64,000 nt of DNA from Felis catus (taxonomy: Eukaryota): the NCBI RefSeq assembly GCF_018350175.1, contig NC_058368.1, forward strand, positions 203,734,001 through 203,798,000, read 5' to 3'. This document shows, one piece after another, positions 38,635 to 52,829 of this stretch (position 1 is its first letter; the number at the start of each line of letters is the position of its first letter). The notes below the pieces were generated by a model. That model was given only the letters and a program-made list of their open reading frames with translations. It was not told the origin of the DNA and ran no database searches. The position numbers and the translations under genes are program-made.

Positions 38635-39597
38635 TGCAAATGACATATCGGACAAAGGGCTACTATCCAAAATCTATAAAGAACTTACCAAACTCCACAC
38701 CCGAAAAACAAATAATCCAGTGAAGAAATGGGCAGAAGACATGAATAGACACTTCTCTAAAGAAGACATCCAGATGGCCAACAGGCACATGAAAAGATGC
38801 TCAACGTCACTCCTCATCAGGGAAATACAAATCAAAACCACACTGAGATATCACCTCACGCCAGCCAGAGTAACTAAAATGAACAAATCAGAAGACTATA
38901 GATGCTGGAAAGGATGTGGAGAAATGGGAACCCTCTTGCACTGTTGGTGGGAATGCAAACTGGTGCAGCCACTCTGGAAAACAGTGTGGAGGTTCCTCAA
39001 AAAATTAAAAATAGATCTACCCTATGACCCAGCAATAGCACTGCTAGGAATTTATCCAAAGGATACAGGAGTGTTGATGCATAGGGGCACTTGTACCCCC
39101 CAATGTTTACAGCAGCACTTTCAACAATAGCTAAATTAAGGAAAGATCCTAAATGTCCATCAACTGATGAATGGATAAAGAAGCTGTGGTTTATACATAC
39201 AATAGAATACTACTTGGCAATGAGAAAGAATGAAATATGGCCTTTTGTAGCAACGTGGATGGAACTGGAGAGTGTTATGCTAAGTGAAATAAGTCATACA
39301 GAGAAAGACAGATACCATATGTTTTCACTCTTATGTGGATCCTGAGAAACTTAACAGAAGACCATGGGGGAGGGGAAGGGGAAAAAAAAGAAAAAAGTTA
39401 GAGACGGAGGGAGGCAAACCATAAGAGACTCTTAAAAACTGAGAATAAACTGAGGGTTGATGGGGGATGGGAGGAGGGGAAAGTAGGTGATGGGCATTGA
39501 GGAGGGCACCTGTTGGGATGAGAACTGTGTGTTGTATGGAAACCAATCTAGCAATAAATTTCATACTAAAAAAAAATCCACTTATATAAAAAAAATA
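38635..39597 (+). mobile_element. Young 5'-truncated felid L1 (L1_Fc-like)
   Basis: ORF2 C-terminus in ORFs 38720-39130 and 39091-39345 ([27 protein letters not shown]...CWWEC...), then 3' UTR, AATAAA and A tail; partial TSD gaatagat. Confidence 0.95.
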
Positions 39598-39599
39598 AA

Positions 39600-42500
39600 G
39601 AATAGATGTCTATATGGAAAATACTCAGTGGAGCTGAATCATGTAGCCAGTTTTTGTTCCTGAGTACAACATATAGAAGAAATAAAATATTCAAAGATAT
39701 AAGGGAAGAAGTCATCATCTAACCGGAAGGAAAACCTAAAAGCACAAATCAAAAGGATTAAAGAAACTTCTCCTTCAAGATGACTCATGGAGTTCACTCA
39801 AGAAGGATACTTTACTAGAAGACAATAATATTAAGAACTTTTTAGATGATATACAGCAGATGAAACCAGACTGATGAAATAACTGAAGATACCTGGGAAA
39901 ACATGAATGTTCTGAACAGAATCAAGGATGCCAAGATCAGTGGTAGTTAAGGTTAAGCTACAAAGTTTTGGGTTGGTGCAGCTTTTAACCAAAGGACTGT
40001 GGAACAGTTATGCCCATGCCCCTCAGAGCACCCTAGCCCATTTTTCCATTGGGATAAAATCTTCTAAACAGACCTCCAAATAAAAGACAAGAGATTCCAG
40101 ATGTTTTAAGATTTAGAGATGGGCAGTTTCTAGACATCTCACCCACTTATTCAGCAAAAATATATTGAGCACCTATTATACATCAAACACCATCCTAAGC
40201 CGTGGGTATGTAATATTGCAAGAAAATATGTTGTAAAAGTACATGCACTAAAACATTGTTAATTTAAAGCAAGTACATTAGAAACCCATTGTATCCGATT
40301 TTAAAACACGTTTCTCAAATGGTCATATGAAACAACTAAAACAATTGCATCAAATTATTTCAATAACAAAATCAGATTTTTTAATTTCTTTTGTGTATTT
40401 TAAATATTTTCAATTTTTGTTAGACAATACTCAAATGCATTTTTCTTCCAATTTCAGATAAGAGAATAGAGTAAAACTTGAAATTCCCTCCTCATTCCCA
40501 TAATTCCAAAGTTAATTACTATTAACATATTGTTGTATATCTACTCATTTCTAAACATTAATACACACATATGTACTTATTACACATGCATAGATTTTCT
40601 AAAAGTGGATCATTAAAAGAACAAGGAATTGAAAATATAAGAGAAATCACAATGATATCTCAATCTAAACATTATCCACTTAATAGGAATTCCCAGGGAA
40701 GAGGACAGAAAGGAGGAGAAGATATAATAAGGCAAACAACTGAATAAAATGTCTAGTAGCTGATGCTTTCTGTTATTAAGGCCACTGAGAACCATGCAAA
40801 ATAAATGTGACCCACATTTAGTCAAATATTAAAATGGTGACATTGTAAAACACCAAGAAATAATAAAAACTCCCCCAGAGATATTATAACTGCTTACTAA
40901 CCAGTAAGCAGAATAGCTAACATTGCATGTTCCCTCTAGCACATTTGCACAAGAGATGGAGAATTCAATTTGTTATAAGGCACTCATTTTGCATCTTATA
41001 TATGTACTTTTTTAAAAAAAATGTATATTCATTTTGAGAGAGAGAATCCCAAGCACACTCTGTACCACCAGTGCGGAGCCCAATGGGGGGGCTCCAACTC
41101 ACAAACTGCGAGATGATGAACTGAGCCAAAATCAAGAGTCAGATGCTCAAAAACTGAGCCACTCAGGCACCACCTCATATATGTACTTTTTAATGTCACA
41201 ACTAGAACAAGACAATTATTTTAACCGCCTAAATATTGGGCTTTAATTTTTTCCATTAGGTGTCCACAAGGAGAATGGAGCTTGTTTCATACAGAATGAA
41301 GGAGATACTAATTACCTAAAAATACATGTCTAAAAAAGGTGAGAAGTTATGCTTAATTTATCTGTAAATCAGAAAAATATAGGTAGCTTTAAAGGCTACC
41401 AGAAAAAATTAAAACATAGATTGGAGAAAACTGTTGTTATCCTAGGAAGTCAAAGTTTGGAATGATCAAGAAGTCTGTTTAAGTTATTTGACCAACCAAC
41501 CTCCTTGGAATGAATTAACAATGGAGACTACAGCTGGAAGCCATGGGACCACTGTGGTTTAGGTAAAATCGAACAGAGGATGTGTAGTGTGAAGTTTCTA
41601 AAGAGGGAAAAGTTTATTTCATGATCATGTTAACCACAATGCAAGACACACAGCTATAGAAAGGAACTAGTATCGCTAGACAAAAAGCAAGCTGTTCATG
41701 ACCATAAGCGAAAAACGGACTTCCTGACAACGTACCTTGTTACAAACATTGCCAAAAAGAATCACCTTTAAATACAGAAGACATTCATTCTTTAAGGAAG
41801 GCTTATAAGATCCTTTTCTCTAATATTTTGCTCCAGATAGATGATCACCTAAAGCATTCATGAGCAGTGTCTTTTTTTTTTTTTAAGTTTTCACAAAATA
41901 AGTATCTCAGATCCCTTAATTCCTTGCTTAAATTACCAAAAACTGAATCATAAACTCACACAATATTAGAGTTGGAAAGGACCCTTGAGGTTATCTAGTA
42001 AAATCTCAAGTGGATATAAGAATTTTCTCAGCACCATCTGTCCAAGTGTCCAGCCAGCATTAGTGAAGGTGTCCAATCATTTAAGGCCATGCTCTCAAGA
42101 CAATCTTTTCCATTTTTTGACAATTCAAACCAATAGAAACATTATTATATGCATTCAAATCAAACTTTCTGTAATCGTCATCTCTTTGTCCTAATTCTGT
42201 CCTCTACCCAAGGGTCTTATAGTCATATCCAGAGAAGCAGGAACAAGAGTGGCATAAAGCATAGAAACCAATTCATCTAAGATGGGACTGACCTATTTCT
42301 TGTCCTTTTCCAGGATTCAACACCTGTTCTCAAGCCCTGGGAGTCTGACAGATAAAGGTAGAAAAAAGGATACCCCAGGGTCTCCAGGTCTACCTGGGAA
42401 AGAATATAGGATACGCAGCTGGCAGAGGATGAATTATTTTTCAGTCTGCCCTTATGCAGGAAGTCTTGGAGTACCTTTGCAGTCTGATGCTTAGGTTAAA

Positions 42501-43400
42501 CATAGGTTTACTATAGATTTTATGACATACTATACTGTAGCTTTTATAATTCCCTGTAGAGTTGTTTTGCCTTGAATACTTGTCCTATATTTCAAATACT
42601 TCTATGAGCTCCAAGAAAGGAATATATAACTGGCAACATTCCGTGAGTATAACAACGTGGAAATATTCATGAAAACTTGAATGAATAGAGGTGTATATAG
42701 TATGACAGAAATAAGACTAGATGGACTTTCAAACGTAATGTAAAATAGGACACTGCTAAAAAGCAAACCTGAGAACAGTGACTTCAGCTAATTCCAAATC
42801 TGAAGAGGATAGTTTAAGTATGCAAATACAGGATGAAAAAACCACACAAATATCCTTACTGTGATAACAGGATTTTAGAATATTCTTACTGCCTGCCCAC
42901 TGCTATGAAAATGGACCATAAATAATCTCCCCAATGAAACCTTCATTGACAAAACTTCATTCCCACTGGTGAGCTTTTCACTGGATATTGGGCATATTGC
43001 TAAATATAGGCAATCCAAGCTCATCAGTTAGATATAGTCCCCCAGAAGTTTTCCTGGGGATCCCATTTCTGGGACAGCTGCCTCAGCCACAGATGCATTC
43101 CCACATCTGAGAAGGTGCTGGACCACAAAGCCACTAGGCCCTTCCTAGCAGCATTATCGCTGAGATTCAGCCTCATCAAGAGTGACAGGAGGTAGATAGG
43201 ACATGCCCCAACAAGCCCATCAATTCAGCCACAGTATTCCACAGGAGATCAGTTGGATTTCGATTTCAAGGAGTGGCATGAGAACTGTATTTGCTTTAAA
43301 TGCCACTCCTTCCTTTTTCAACTCTTAATTTTAAAAAGGTTCAATAGTCAGTCTTTGTGGGATAAACCTTGATCATCTCTGAAAATTTCCATTCTTAAAA
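39600..43400 (+). pseudogene. Decayed collagen Gly-X-Y segment, the best preserved part (interrupted at ~40140-41240 and ~41960-42200)
   Basis: xIP-GKT-(G)MF near 39890; GSH-GTT...GKI near 41536; ORF 42282-42494 GLT...xSP-GSL-xDK-GRK.(G)TP-GSP-GLP-GKE...GSL-GVP; GNP-(G)SS-(G)RY-(G)PP...(G)FP-GDP...GTA at 43009-43080. Confidence 0.9.
41015..41175 (-). mobile_element. Can-SINE
   Basis: ttttgagagagagaatcccaagc...gagccactcaggcacc; TSD atatatgtactttttt/aa. Confidence 0.85.
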
Positions 43401-43412
43401 TGTTATGTTCAT

Positions 43413-46400
43413 ATACCTTAAGGAGCTGGAAAAAAGAACAGCAAATAAAACCCAAAAACAGTAGAAGACAAGAAATAATAAAGATTAGAGCAGAAATTAA
43501 TGCTATCGAAACAAACAAACAAACAAACAAAACCAGTAGAACAGATCAATGAAACCAGATGCTGGTTCTTTGAAAGAATTAACAAAATTGATAAACCACT
43601 AGCCAGTTTGATCAAAAAGAAAAAAGAGGGGCACCTGGGTGGCTCAGTCGGTTGGGCGTCCGACTTCGGCTCAGGTCATGATCTCACGGTTCGTGGGTTA
43701 GAGCCCCGCATCAGGCTCTGTGCTGACAGCTCAGAGCCTGGAGCCTGCTTCGGATTCTGTGTCTCCCTCTCTCTCTGACCCTCCCTCATTCATGCTCTGT
43801 CTCTCTCTGTCTCAAAAATAAATAAACATTAAAAAAAAAATTTAAAAAAAAAGAAAAAAGAAAGGACCCAAATAAATAAAATCAAGAATGAAAGAGGAGA
43901 GATCACAACCAACACAACAAAAATAAAAACAATAATAAGAGAATATTATAAGCAGTTATATGCCAATAAAATGGGTAATCTGGACAAATTCCTAGAAACA
44001 TATAAACTACCAAAACTGAAACAGGAAGAAATAGAAAATTTGACCAGACCTATAACCAGTAAGGAAATCAAATTAGTAATCAAAAATCGGCCAAAAAACA
44101 AGAGTCCAAGACCAGATGGCTTATCAGGGGAATTCTACCAAACATTTAAGGAAGAGTTAACACCTATTCTCTTGAAACTGTTCCAAAAAATAGAAATGGA
44201 AGGAAAACTTCCAAACTCTTTCTATGAAGCCAGCATTACCTTGATTCCAAAACCAGACAGAGACCCCTATAAAAGGAGAACTATAGACCAATCTCCCTGA
44301 TGAACATGGATGCAAAAATCCTCAACAAGATATTAGCCAACCGGATCCAACAATACATTAAAAAAATTATTCACCATGACCAAGCAGGATTTATACCTGG
44401 GATGCAGGGCTGGTTCAATATCCACAAAAACAATGAACATGATCCATGATCCATCACATCAATAAAAGAAAGGACAAGAACCATATGATCCTCGGAATAG
44501 ATGCAGAGAAAGCATTTGACAAAATACAGCATCCTTTCTTGATAGAAACCCTCAAGAAAGTAGGGATAGAAAGAGCATACCTCGAGATCATAAAAGCCAT
44601 ATATGAACGACCCAACACTAATGTCATCCTCAATAGGGAAAAACTGAGAGCATTCCCCCTAAGGTCAGGAACACAACAGGCGTATCCACTCTCGCCACTG
44701 TTATTCAACACAGTATTGGAAGTCTTAGCCTCTGCAATCAGACAACACAAAGAAATAAAAGGCATCCAGATCAGCCAGGAGGAGGTCAAACTTTCACTCT
44801 TCACAGATGACATGACACTCTATATGGAAAACCCAAAAGATTCCACCCAGAAACTGCTAGAACTGATCTATGAATTCAGCAAAGTTGCAGGATATAAAAT
44901 CAATGCACAGAAATCGGTTGCATTCCTATACACCATCAATGAAGCCACAGAGAAATCAAGGAATCGATCCCATTTACAGTTGCACCAAAAACCATAAAAC
45001 ACCTACAAATACATCTAACCAAAGAAGTGAAAAATCTATACACTGAAAACTATAGAAAGCTAATGAAAGAAATTGAAGAAGACACAAAAAAAAGTGGAAA
45101 AAGATTCCATGCTCCTGGATAGGAACAAATATTGTTAAAATGTCAATACTAACCAAAGCAATCTACATATTCAGTGCAATCTCTATCAAAATAACACCAG
45201 TATTCTTCACAGAGCTAGAACAAATAATCCTAAAATTTGTATGGAACCAGAAAAGGCCCCGAATAGCCAAAGGAATCTTGAAAAAGAAAACCAAAGCAGG
45301 AGGCATCACAATCCCAGACTTCAAGCTATACTACAAAGCTGTAATCATCAAGACAGTATGCTACTGGCACAAGAACAGACTCTCAGACCAATGGAATAGA
45401 GAACCCAGAAATGGACCCACAAACATATGGCCAACTAATCTTTGACAAAGCAGGAACGAATATCCAGTGGAATAAAGACAGTCTCTTCAGCAAGCGGTGC
45501 TGGGAAAACTGGACAGCGACATGCAGAAGAATGAACCTGGACCACTTTCTTACACCATACACAAAAATAAACTCAAAGTGGATGAAAGACCTCAATGTAA
45601 GACAGGAAGCCATCAAAGTCCTCGAGGAGAAAGCAGGCAAAAACCTCTTTGATCCTGCCCGCAGCAACTTCTTACTCAACACGTCTTCAGAAGCAAGGGA
45701 AACAAAAGCAAAAATGAACTACTGGGACCTCATCAAAATAAAAAGCTTCTGCACAGTGAAGGAAACCATCAGCAAAACTAAAAGGCAACCGACAGAATGG
45801 GGGAAGATATTTGCAAATGATTTATCAGATAAAGGGCTAGTATCCAAAATCTATAAAGAACTTATCAAACTCAACACCCAAAAAACAAATAACCCAGTGA
45901 AGAAATGGGCAGAAGATGTGAATAGACACTTCTCCAAGGAAGACATCCATGGCTAACGGACACATGAAAAAAACGCTCAACATCACTCATCATCAGGGAA
46001 ATACAAATCAAAACCACAATGAGATACCACCTTACACCTGTCAGAATGGCTAACATTAACAACTCAGGCAACAACAGATGTTGGCAAGGATGCAGAGAAA
46101 GAGGATCTCTTTTGCATTGTTGGTGGGAATGCAAGCTGACGCAGCCACTCTGGAAAACAGTATGGAGGTTCCTCAAAAAACTAAAAATAGAAGTACCCTA
46201 CGACCCAACAATTGCACTACTAGGCATTTATCCACGGGATACAGGTGTGCTGTTTCGAAGGGACACATGCACCCCCATGTTTATAGCAGCACTATCAACA
46301 ATAGCCAAAGTATGGAAAGAGCCCAAATGTCCATCAATGGATGAATGGATAAAGAAGATGTGGTATATATATACAATGGAGTATCACTCGGCAGTCAAAA

Positions 46401-46775
46401 AGAATGAAATCTTGCCATTTGCAATTACGTGGATGGAACTTAGCAATTATGCTAAGTGAAATTAGTCAAAGAAAGGCAAAAATCTTATGACTTCACTCAT
46501 ATGAGGACTTTAAAAGACAAAACAGATGAACATAAGGAAAGGGAAACAAAAATAGCATAAAAACAGGGAGGGGGACAAAACAGAAGAGGCTCATAAATAT
46601 GGAGAACAAACTGAGGGTTGCTGGAGGGGTTGTGGGAGCGGGGATGGGCTAAATGGATAGGGGCACTAAGGAATCTACTCCTGAAATCATTGTTTCACTA
46701 TATGCTAACTAATTTGGATGTAAATTTAAAAAAATAAAAAACAACATTAAAAAAATTAGGAAGAAAAAAAGAAAA
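43413..46775 (+). mobile_element. 5'-truncated carnivore L1 (~3.1 kb plus nested SINE); frameshifted ORF2 RT and C-terminal domains
   Basis: ORF2 peptides (...[16 protein letters not shown]..., [39 protein letters not shown]). 16-bp TSD aaaatgttatgttcat at 43397-43412 and 46776-46791. Confidence 0.97.
43628..43850 (+). mobile_element. Felid Can-SINE nested in the L1
   Basis: Full body inserted in an A-rich ORF2 stretch; TSD aaaaagaaaaaaga. Confidence 0.95.
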
Positions 46776-46791
46776 AAAATGTTATGTTCAT

Positions 46792-49700
46792 TCTTTCCCC
46801 TCCTCCTTCCCCAGTGTGTGGAAGAGAATTGCTGTGAATTAGTTTTAGGAAACCACATTAATCTACAGAAAGCAAGCACATAAACTTCTGTGACAATGTA
46901 TTAAAACAATGTGTCCCTGGAATAAAAATCTCAACTCTGATAAATGTATTAAACTTCATAATATCGGGAAAAAGATCTGGGCACCAGGACATGCTTTCCT
47001 CACAGATAACATGAATAGTGTGTTGCTATAGGAAAATAAACAAAAATAAAACTGGTGAGAGTACTCATTGTGGGAAATAAATTTTTTTAAAAAAGTTTCC
47101 TACTCTTGTATAAAAACATAATGAAGACTTATCAGGATTACCATGGGCAGCTCTCATCACCAAATACTATTCTTTAAGCCCTGCTTTCCACACAGATGTC
47201 ATTCTAAATGGCTTGGTTGGTACTTCCTCTCAGTCTATAATCAGGAATATGGCTCCAGTTCCCAGTCCAACAAGATATTAGCACAATATTTCAGCAAAAA
47301 AAGAGAGCAAGGAAGTGTCATTCTCCTAAAATAATGTATTCTCTGGTTATCTTACTTTCTGGTTTCTCTTCCCATTTGTGATGTCAACCAATGACTCAAC
47401 TGGCAACCAATGTGAACAATCTAGAACTTTCCCTACAGCCTAAAGTCTAGTCAATATTTAGCTTTGTGCTTCCTATTCCTTACTAGAACTGGAGGAACCA
47501 CTGTACCACAAACTTAACTGACCAATGAATACAAGGCAAGGGATCATTTCTGGTTGCTGCCTTTTCATTCTATAAAACCTATAATACAATTCCCCCCCAC
47601 CTCCCAAATAAACTATTTAGGTATTTGGAGTCAGGTACCAGAGATAAATATGTCAATTCAACATTATCTCAATGTCTAAACACTCCTTCCTGGATAGAAT
47701 ATAGAAATTTGGTGATGGGCTAATTTGATAACAATGAAGCAAATGCCACAGTGTGGATATTTAGGTAGGACACAGAGAATGAAACCATCACAAACACCCA
47801 TCTCTGTTAACTCAAAGTACTTTGGCTATAGTAAGTATCCTTTAGAATATTTGACCTCTTCTTGTCAAAATCACAGATGTCTGAAATTATTATATCTGCT
47901 CCCTGAAAATGAACTCCTATGGTTTAGAGAAGTGTTTCATCAAATTCCAAGATTTGGCTTTAATCCTCTATCATCCATGCCACAAATGTAGACACAATAC
48001 CACATATTTTTAAATACATAAGGCAGGAACATATTTCGAATTTGTCTAAAAAGTATATGAGTATAGGAAAAATATTATATAAGGAAGGGCAAGAATGAAA
48101 TCAGAGGACAAATATCTGTTAAGGGTGATACCATGCTTACTCAAAAAAAATGAGCTTCACTGCTCTTCTCTTTGGAATAATAAAGGCTGTGAAGGAGGAA
48201 TCAAACATATTTAAAGTCCCAAGAGTATTGGTAGATAGCATGTATTTGTTTACCAATGTCAGGATTTTAAAACTAAAGCAAAAGGAAGAGACATGGAGGG
48301 TGAATGCAGGCCTCAGAATTTAAAAGTAGAAAGTTTAAACCACTTTGAAACTTGTTATTGTTTAACACAGAGGTGTTAGAAATCAAAATGCATAAACACA
48401 CTAAGTGAATGAGAACAAAAAATGTTTTCTATTTTGTTCATTGTTCTCTTCCAGACCTTGAAGAGTGCCTATAACTTATTAGACACAATAAATATTTGTG
48501 AAATGAGAAAATAATAAATGACTAATCAAGTTTTTAAATAAATTTGGAAACGACAAAGCCTTGCTTCTTGCTTTACAAGAACGTAATTTGCATGTGGTTC
48601 AGCACCTGAGAGTATACGTATTATATAGCAAATCCCTGGAAGAAAACAGTGAAATGTTATTTCTTACCTTGAAAATCATACAAACATCCATCCACTACAG
48701 AGCATCATACAGATCTCCCACTGGGATTGAAGCATTTCATTTTGGATACCTATTATTCACTGAAAGGTTACTCACTAGAAGAAGTATGACAAAGGGTAAG
48801 TTCTATCTTCTAGCTATATTTTAGGATATACTATGCTTCTGCTCAACTCTTGTGGGTTTCCCCCTTTAGGGACAAGAAGCTCTATGAGAAATAGCACTGA
48901 ACATACAGCAGGAGAATCTGAATTAAAATTCCAACTTTTGCTATATGATCTTGGGCAAATTAACCTCCCAGACTCTCAATTAGTCTAAATTTTAGTTTTC
49001 TCTTTTTAAAATGGTTGTGAGAATTAAGTGAGTTTTCACACGTATATGAAAGCATCTCATTTGGTCTTCCTCTCCCCTTCCCTCCCTCTTTCGCTTCTTT
49101 CCTACCTTCCTTCCTCTCTCCCCCCAAATACATCATTCTGTGTCTCCCTCTTTCCACATACCTTCTATCTCATGATGCTCCCTGTTACCCCAGAGTCTAC
49201 CATTTGGGTGTGTCTTTTCCAGTCATTACCCAATACTTGCCACTGCTTAGTAATTCCATGTATGTTATGAATTAATTGGCATTAAAGTGTTTATAAACAG
49301 ACAGCAACAATATATTGGCATGCCTCCATCCTCCGGCTTCAAAATACAAATCAAACCATATCTCATCCTTGCTGAAAGTTCTTCAATGGTTTCCCATCTG
49401 CTTTAGTATAAATGGACTCCTGCACAAGACTTGTAAGAACACGTTCCCTGCTCTCTGCCTGCCTCTTGGGCCTCATTTCAAACTACATGCCTCCTTGACC
49501 TCTATGATTCAGCAGTATACAATTTCTTCTAGGCCCTTATTTAATACCCATTCATATTTCAGGTCTCAGTCTGGCCATTTCTTTTTCAAGAAACTTCCCT
49601 TGACACATTCTCCACCACAGCAGAGTAGTATCTCTCTACTACCCATTCCTATAGGATCTCATTTGTTTTTTTGTTTCATTTTGTTTTGCTTCTAGTTTGT

Positions 49701-52630
49701 TAATATACTGTAATATCTGACTTCCTAACAAAAGGGATTGGGTGCCAGAATTTTAAAAAATTCTCTATTGGCATAATTTTTAGACATCAGCAGGCTGACA
49801 TTAAAATACACTAGAAAAGATGTTAGGCAATCTGATGAAAAATTCATTCCTCATCCCATCTGAAAGCCACTTCCACGGTGGACCCATAGCACTACTCATC
49901 CTGTCTGAATAGATTGAAATCTTGGAGTTGGATACAAAGGTAAGGTGAATTATCTTGAGAATCAAGTAGGAAAATTCATTCAATAAATATTTTTGGACAA
50001 CTACAACATATTTATACTCTAATCTCGCCACTGAAAGTATTTATTTTTAACCTCCTATTGGACCGATCTTCTCAAGTTTCTGTTTTACAGAAAACACACT
50101 TTAAGTGAAAGTATGCCTATCCTTCAGCCTTCTCTCCTCAGCCCAACAATATGAGAAAATGGCACCCTAAATGCTTAGATGTCTCCAAAAGAAGGGACAG
50201 ACCAAGAGTGGGACAACATAGGGAACAGGACAACATGAAGTCAACAGAATTGGCCAAATGAAAACTGAGACCTGGTCCATTAAGTGTATTGGGCCAGGGA
50301 GATCAAATGCAGGTACTGATAAAATAGTATGAATACATCTGAGGGGAGAAAGGAAGATCCCCTACTTGCTACTCTTGCCTAGATTGAGATATATTTAAAC
50401 TAGCAAATGTTCATAATCTTCATTAAGACTGCCATCTCCCAGGAAGATGTCAACTCCCCCAGTGACTACAGTACAGGTAAAGTACAAGTAAAATTCACAG
50501 AGCAGGGAATGTAGGTTAACCCTGGTGGTGCTCATCAAATAAAATCATATATTCTGTTACATCTTCTACTTTTAAACATAAATTCTAAAATTTAATTTAC
50601 AAAGGAGTTTCTGAGGCTTCCAAGTGAACAGAAAAATAGAGAGACAAAAGGTCTGGAAAACTGTAAACACTGTGTGACCAGTTGGAGGAGCAAAGTCAGT
50701 CTTAAGTTGTTAACACCTGCTGATCAATTAAGAAGTCCAGTTCAGCTAATACAGTTTTGACTTCCCCAGCTGTTTACAGCCAAAGAATCCTGGAAGTGAA
50801 TATTAGAAAATTTCTTCCAACAAATGTACAACACATGCCAGGGTGTAGATGCATAATAAACTTATAAGAAACCATGTTGACAGTTTCATTGCCTTTGGTA
50901 AGACCATACAAATTCTTGGACATATTAGAGTAAACATCCCAGTTCTTTTTTTTCCCCTTTTTTGATCCCAAGATTCTTGATTGTAGCAAGGAAGGGGTAG
51001 TAACAAATTAAGAGAAGGCATTTTCTCTTCTAAAATTAAGTGATTCTTTAGGTGAAATTATGCAGATTCAAGATAATTATTTGTGGACTATACATAACTT
51101 CAATCAAATCCAAAAGTTCTGTTCTCTGGTTTCTGTAATTTTTATTGTGTTGCAGAAAGTTTTCTCAAAAGTGTTAAAGTTGTTTATCAAACACATCTGC
51201 TGTCTCATTCTGTATCAACAATAATAGACTGTTTATAAACTATTACACATAGCACACACTGGAGATCTCAGACATGTTAGGAAGATCTAATAAGTATATA
51301 ATCAAAAAACCAAAAGGGTTTTTATAATTTAGCTCTTTATCAATAATCTTTCAAAACCACAAGAGGAAAATGATTGTATAAACCTAGAGAACCACTTGAT
51401 TGAATCCAAAAACATGGGACTCTCTTTCATAAAACTGCTTCAACATTCCAATCTCGCCTAGCACAGGTAACAATTTAGAAAAGCTTGCATAAAATTTCTG
51501 GTTTTATGAACTCCCCCCTTTGCCTCCTACAGCTGCTAAGCTTTAGAAACAAAGTTGTAGTAATCTCTTTTTTCAAGTAGTGTAAGCACTTTTTTTTTAA
51601 AGATCCATAACTAATACATTCCAGGTCTGTTTAACCTACACTGATTACAATGAATCTCCTTTTGCCTCCATCATAAGGAAGGTTACCTGCACAAGCTTTG
51701 CCACTGTCAGGTTTCATAGGCTCTTCCCTTGTACTCCTCATTTGACCTTCTGGACATTGACCAACCTTTGTGGTTCCAGAGTCCTTGCTGGCAATCCAGG
51801 TGGTCCTGGAATCCAGCCTTTTCTCTGCTTTAATTTATAGGTCTACAACACCCCTGTAGGCCTTAAATGGTTGACTTTGGCTGTGAGACAGGAAACATTG
51901 CATCCATGTGGAATCAGATGAAAAGGGAACCTTCTAACAAAGTACTAAACATAAATCAAGGGGGGAAATAATGAATAGTGTGGATTAGGGTCTCGGCTGA
52001 GTGAATTTTATATGTTACACCAAAACACTGAAGTCTGAGGTTGAAATGTTTAGTTATCACTTCATTCAAGTTAGAGAAACTCATGCCCATTGGGTTTGAT
52101 GGTTGGATTAAATGCCAGGTATAAGAAAATACAATTTGCTCCCCTACAATGTGGAGAGGTGTTTCTTTTTCTGGAATGCACTTCTGTTTGAAGTAAATGA
52201 GATGTCCATTGTACAACAGATGTGCACCAAATCACCCCAAATATCCCTGCTTCCTCAAAGTGTTTTTAGTGCAACTGGCTATCACTTAGAAATGATGAGA
52301 AACCACAGGAATAAAGGTCTTACTTAACTCAACATTTTCTCATTCAACAAGGGTCCCTGGAGTTTCATTTGATTTTAATAAATACATAAACTCTGCACAA
52401 ATTGTATCTGCAAAAATAACTTTACATTTTTTAATGATTTTATAAACAGAGATAAATGGTATTCTTTTTTGGATTTTCTAGAGCCTCATGCATACAGTGG
52501 TGGACCACCAGATCTCATGAGGTAAGGCCAAAGCAGTAATTGGTGGTTGCTAAAATAAGCTGGCCCAAGGAATATGTAAAATATTCCATATTCTGCCCAT
52601 TCTACATGCAAAGAATAAGAAAATACTTTC
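46792..52630 (+). pseudogene. Decayed collagen Gly-X-Y segment (interrupted by MIR/L2 at ~48900-49730)
   Basis: (G)LS-GLP near 47126; GLV-GTS near 47210; GYL-GRT near 47755; GQI-xVK-GDT near 48106; GRK-(G)DP near 50344; GFI-GSS at 51710; GSR-(G)LA-GNP-GGP-GIQ at 51772-51816; GFD-GWI near 52092. Confidence 0.88.
48900..49730. mobile_element. MIR followed by L2 fragments
   Basis: tatgatcttgggcaaattaacctc...aaaatgg...tgtgagaattaagtgag (MIR); ccttgctgaaagttcttcaatggtttcccat (L2). Confidence 0.65.
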
Positions 52631-52636
52631 ACCTAG

Positions 52637-52829
52637 AGCAGTGCTTCTCAAAGTGTGTCCTCAGGTCAATGGGATCAGTATCAACCAGGAACTTGTTAGG
52701 ATAGGAATGTAAATTCTCAGGCAATGTCCCAGATGTTTTGAAAAGAAATATGGGTGGGCCTGGAAATCTGTGTTTTAACAACCCCTCTAACAAGATTCTG
52801 AGACATGTTCAAGTGTGAGAACCACTGGT
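52637..52829. mobile_element. MER5A-like hAT MITE
   Basis: agcagtgcttctcaaagtgtg...gtgggcctggaaatctgtgttttaaca...caagtgtgagaaccactgg, with terminal inverted repeats. Confidence 0.85.

Noticed and set aside
43971..46459. Reverse-transcriptase-like ORFs as an active element or novel RT system
   Set aside because: Ordinary 5'-truncated L1 ORF2 with multiple frameshifts, a nested SINE and a degraded catalytic motif (FTDD in place of FADD).
48669..48750. Minus-strand exon candidate with a strong donor (AAG|gtaaga)
   Set aside because: Stops occur in all three frames and the acceptor is weak. The + strand shows collagen triplets (GIE-(G)FH, GYL).
51772..51830. Collagen-like reading on the minus strand (IPGPPGLP)
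   Set aside because: Pro/Gly codons (CCN/GGN) are reverse complements, so collagen DNA looks collagen-like antisense. The + strand phase is longer here and consistent across the window.
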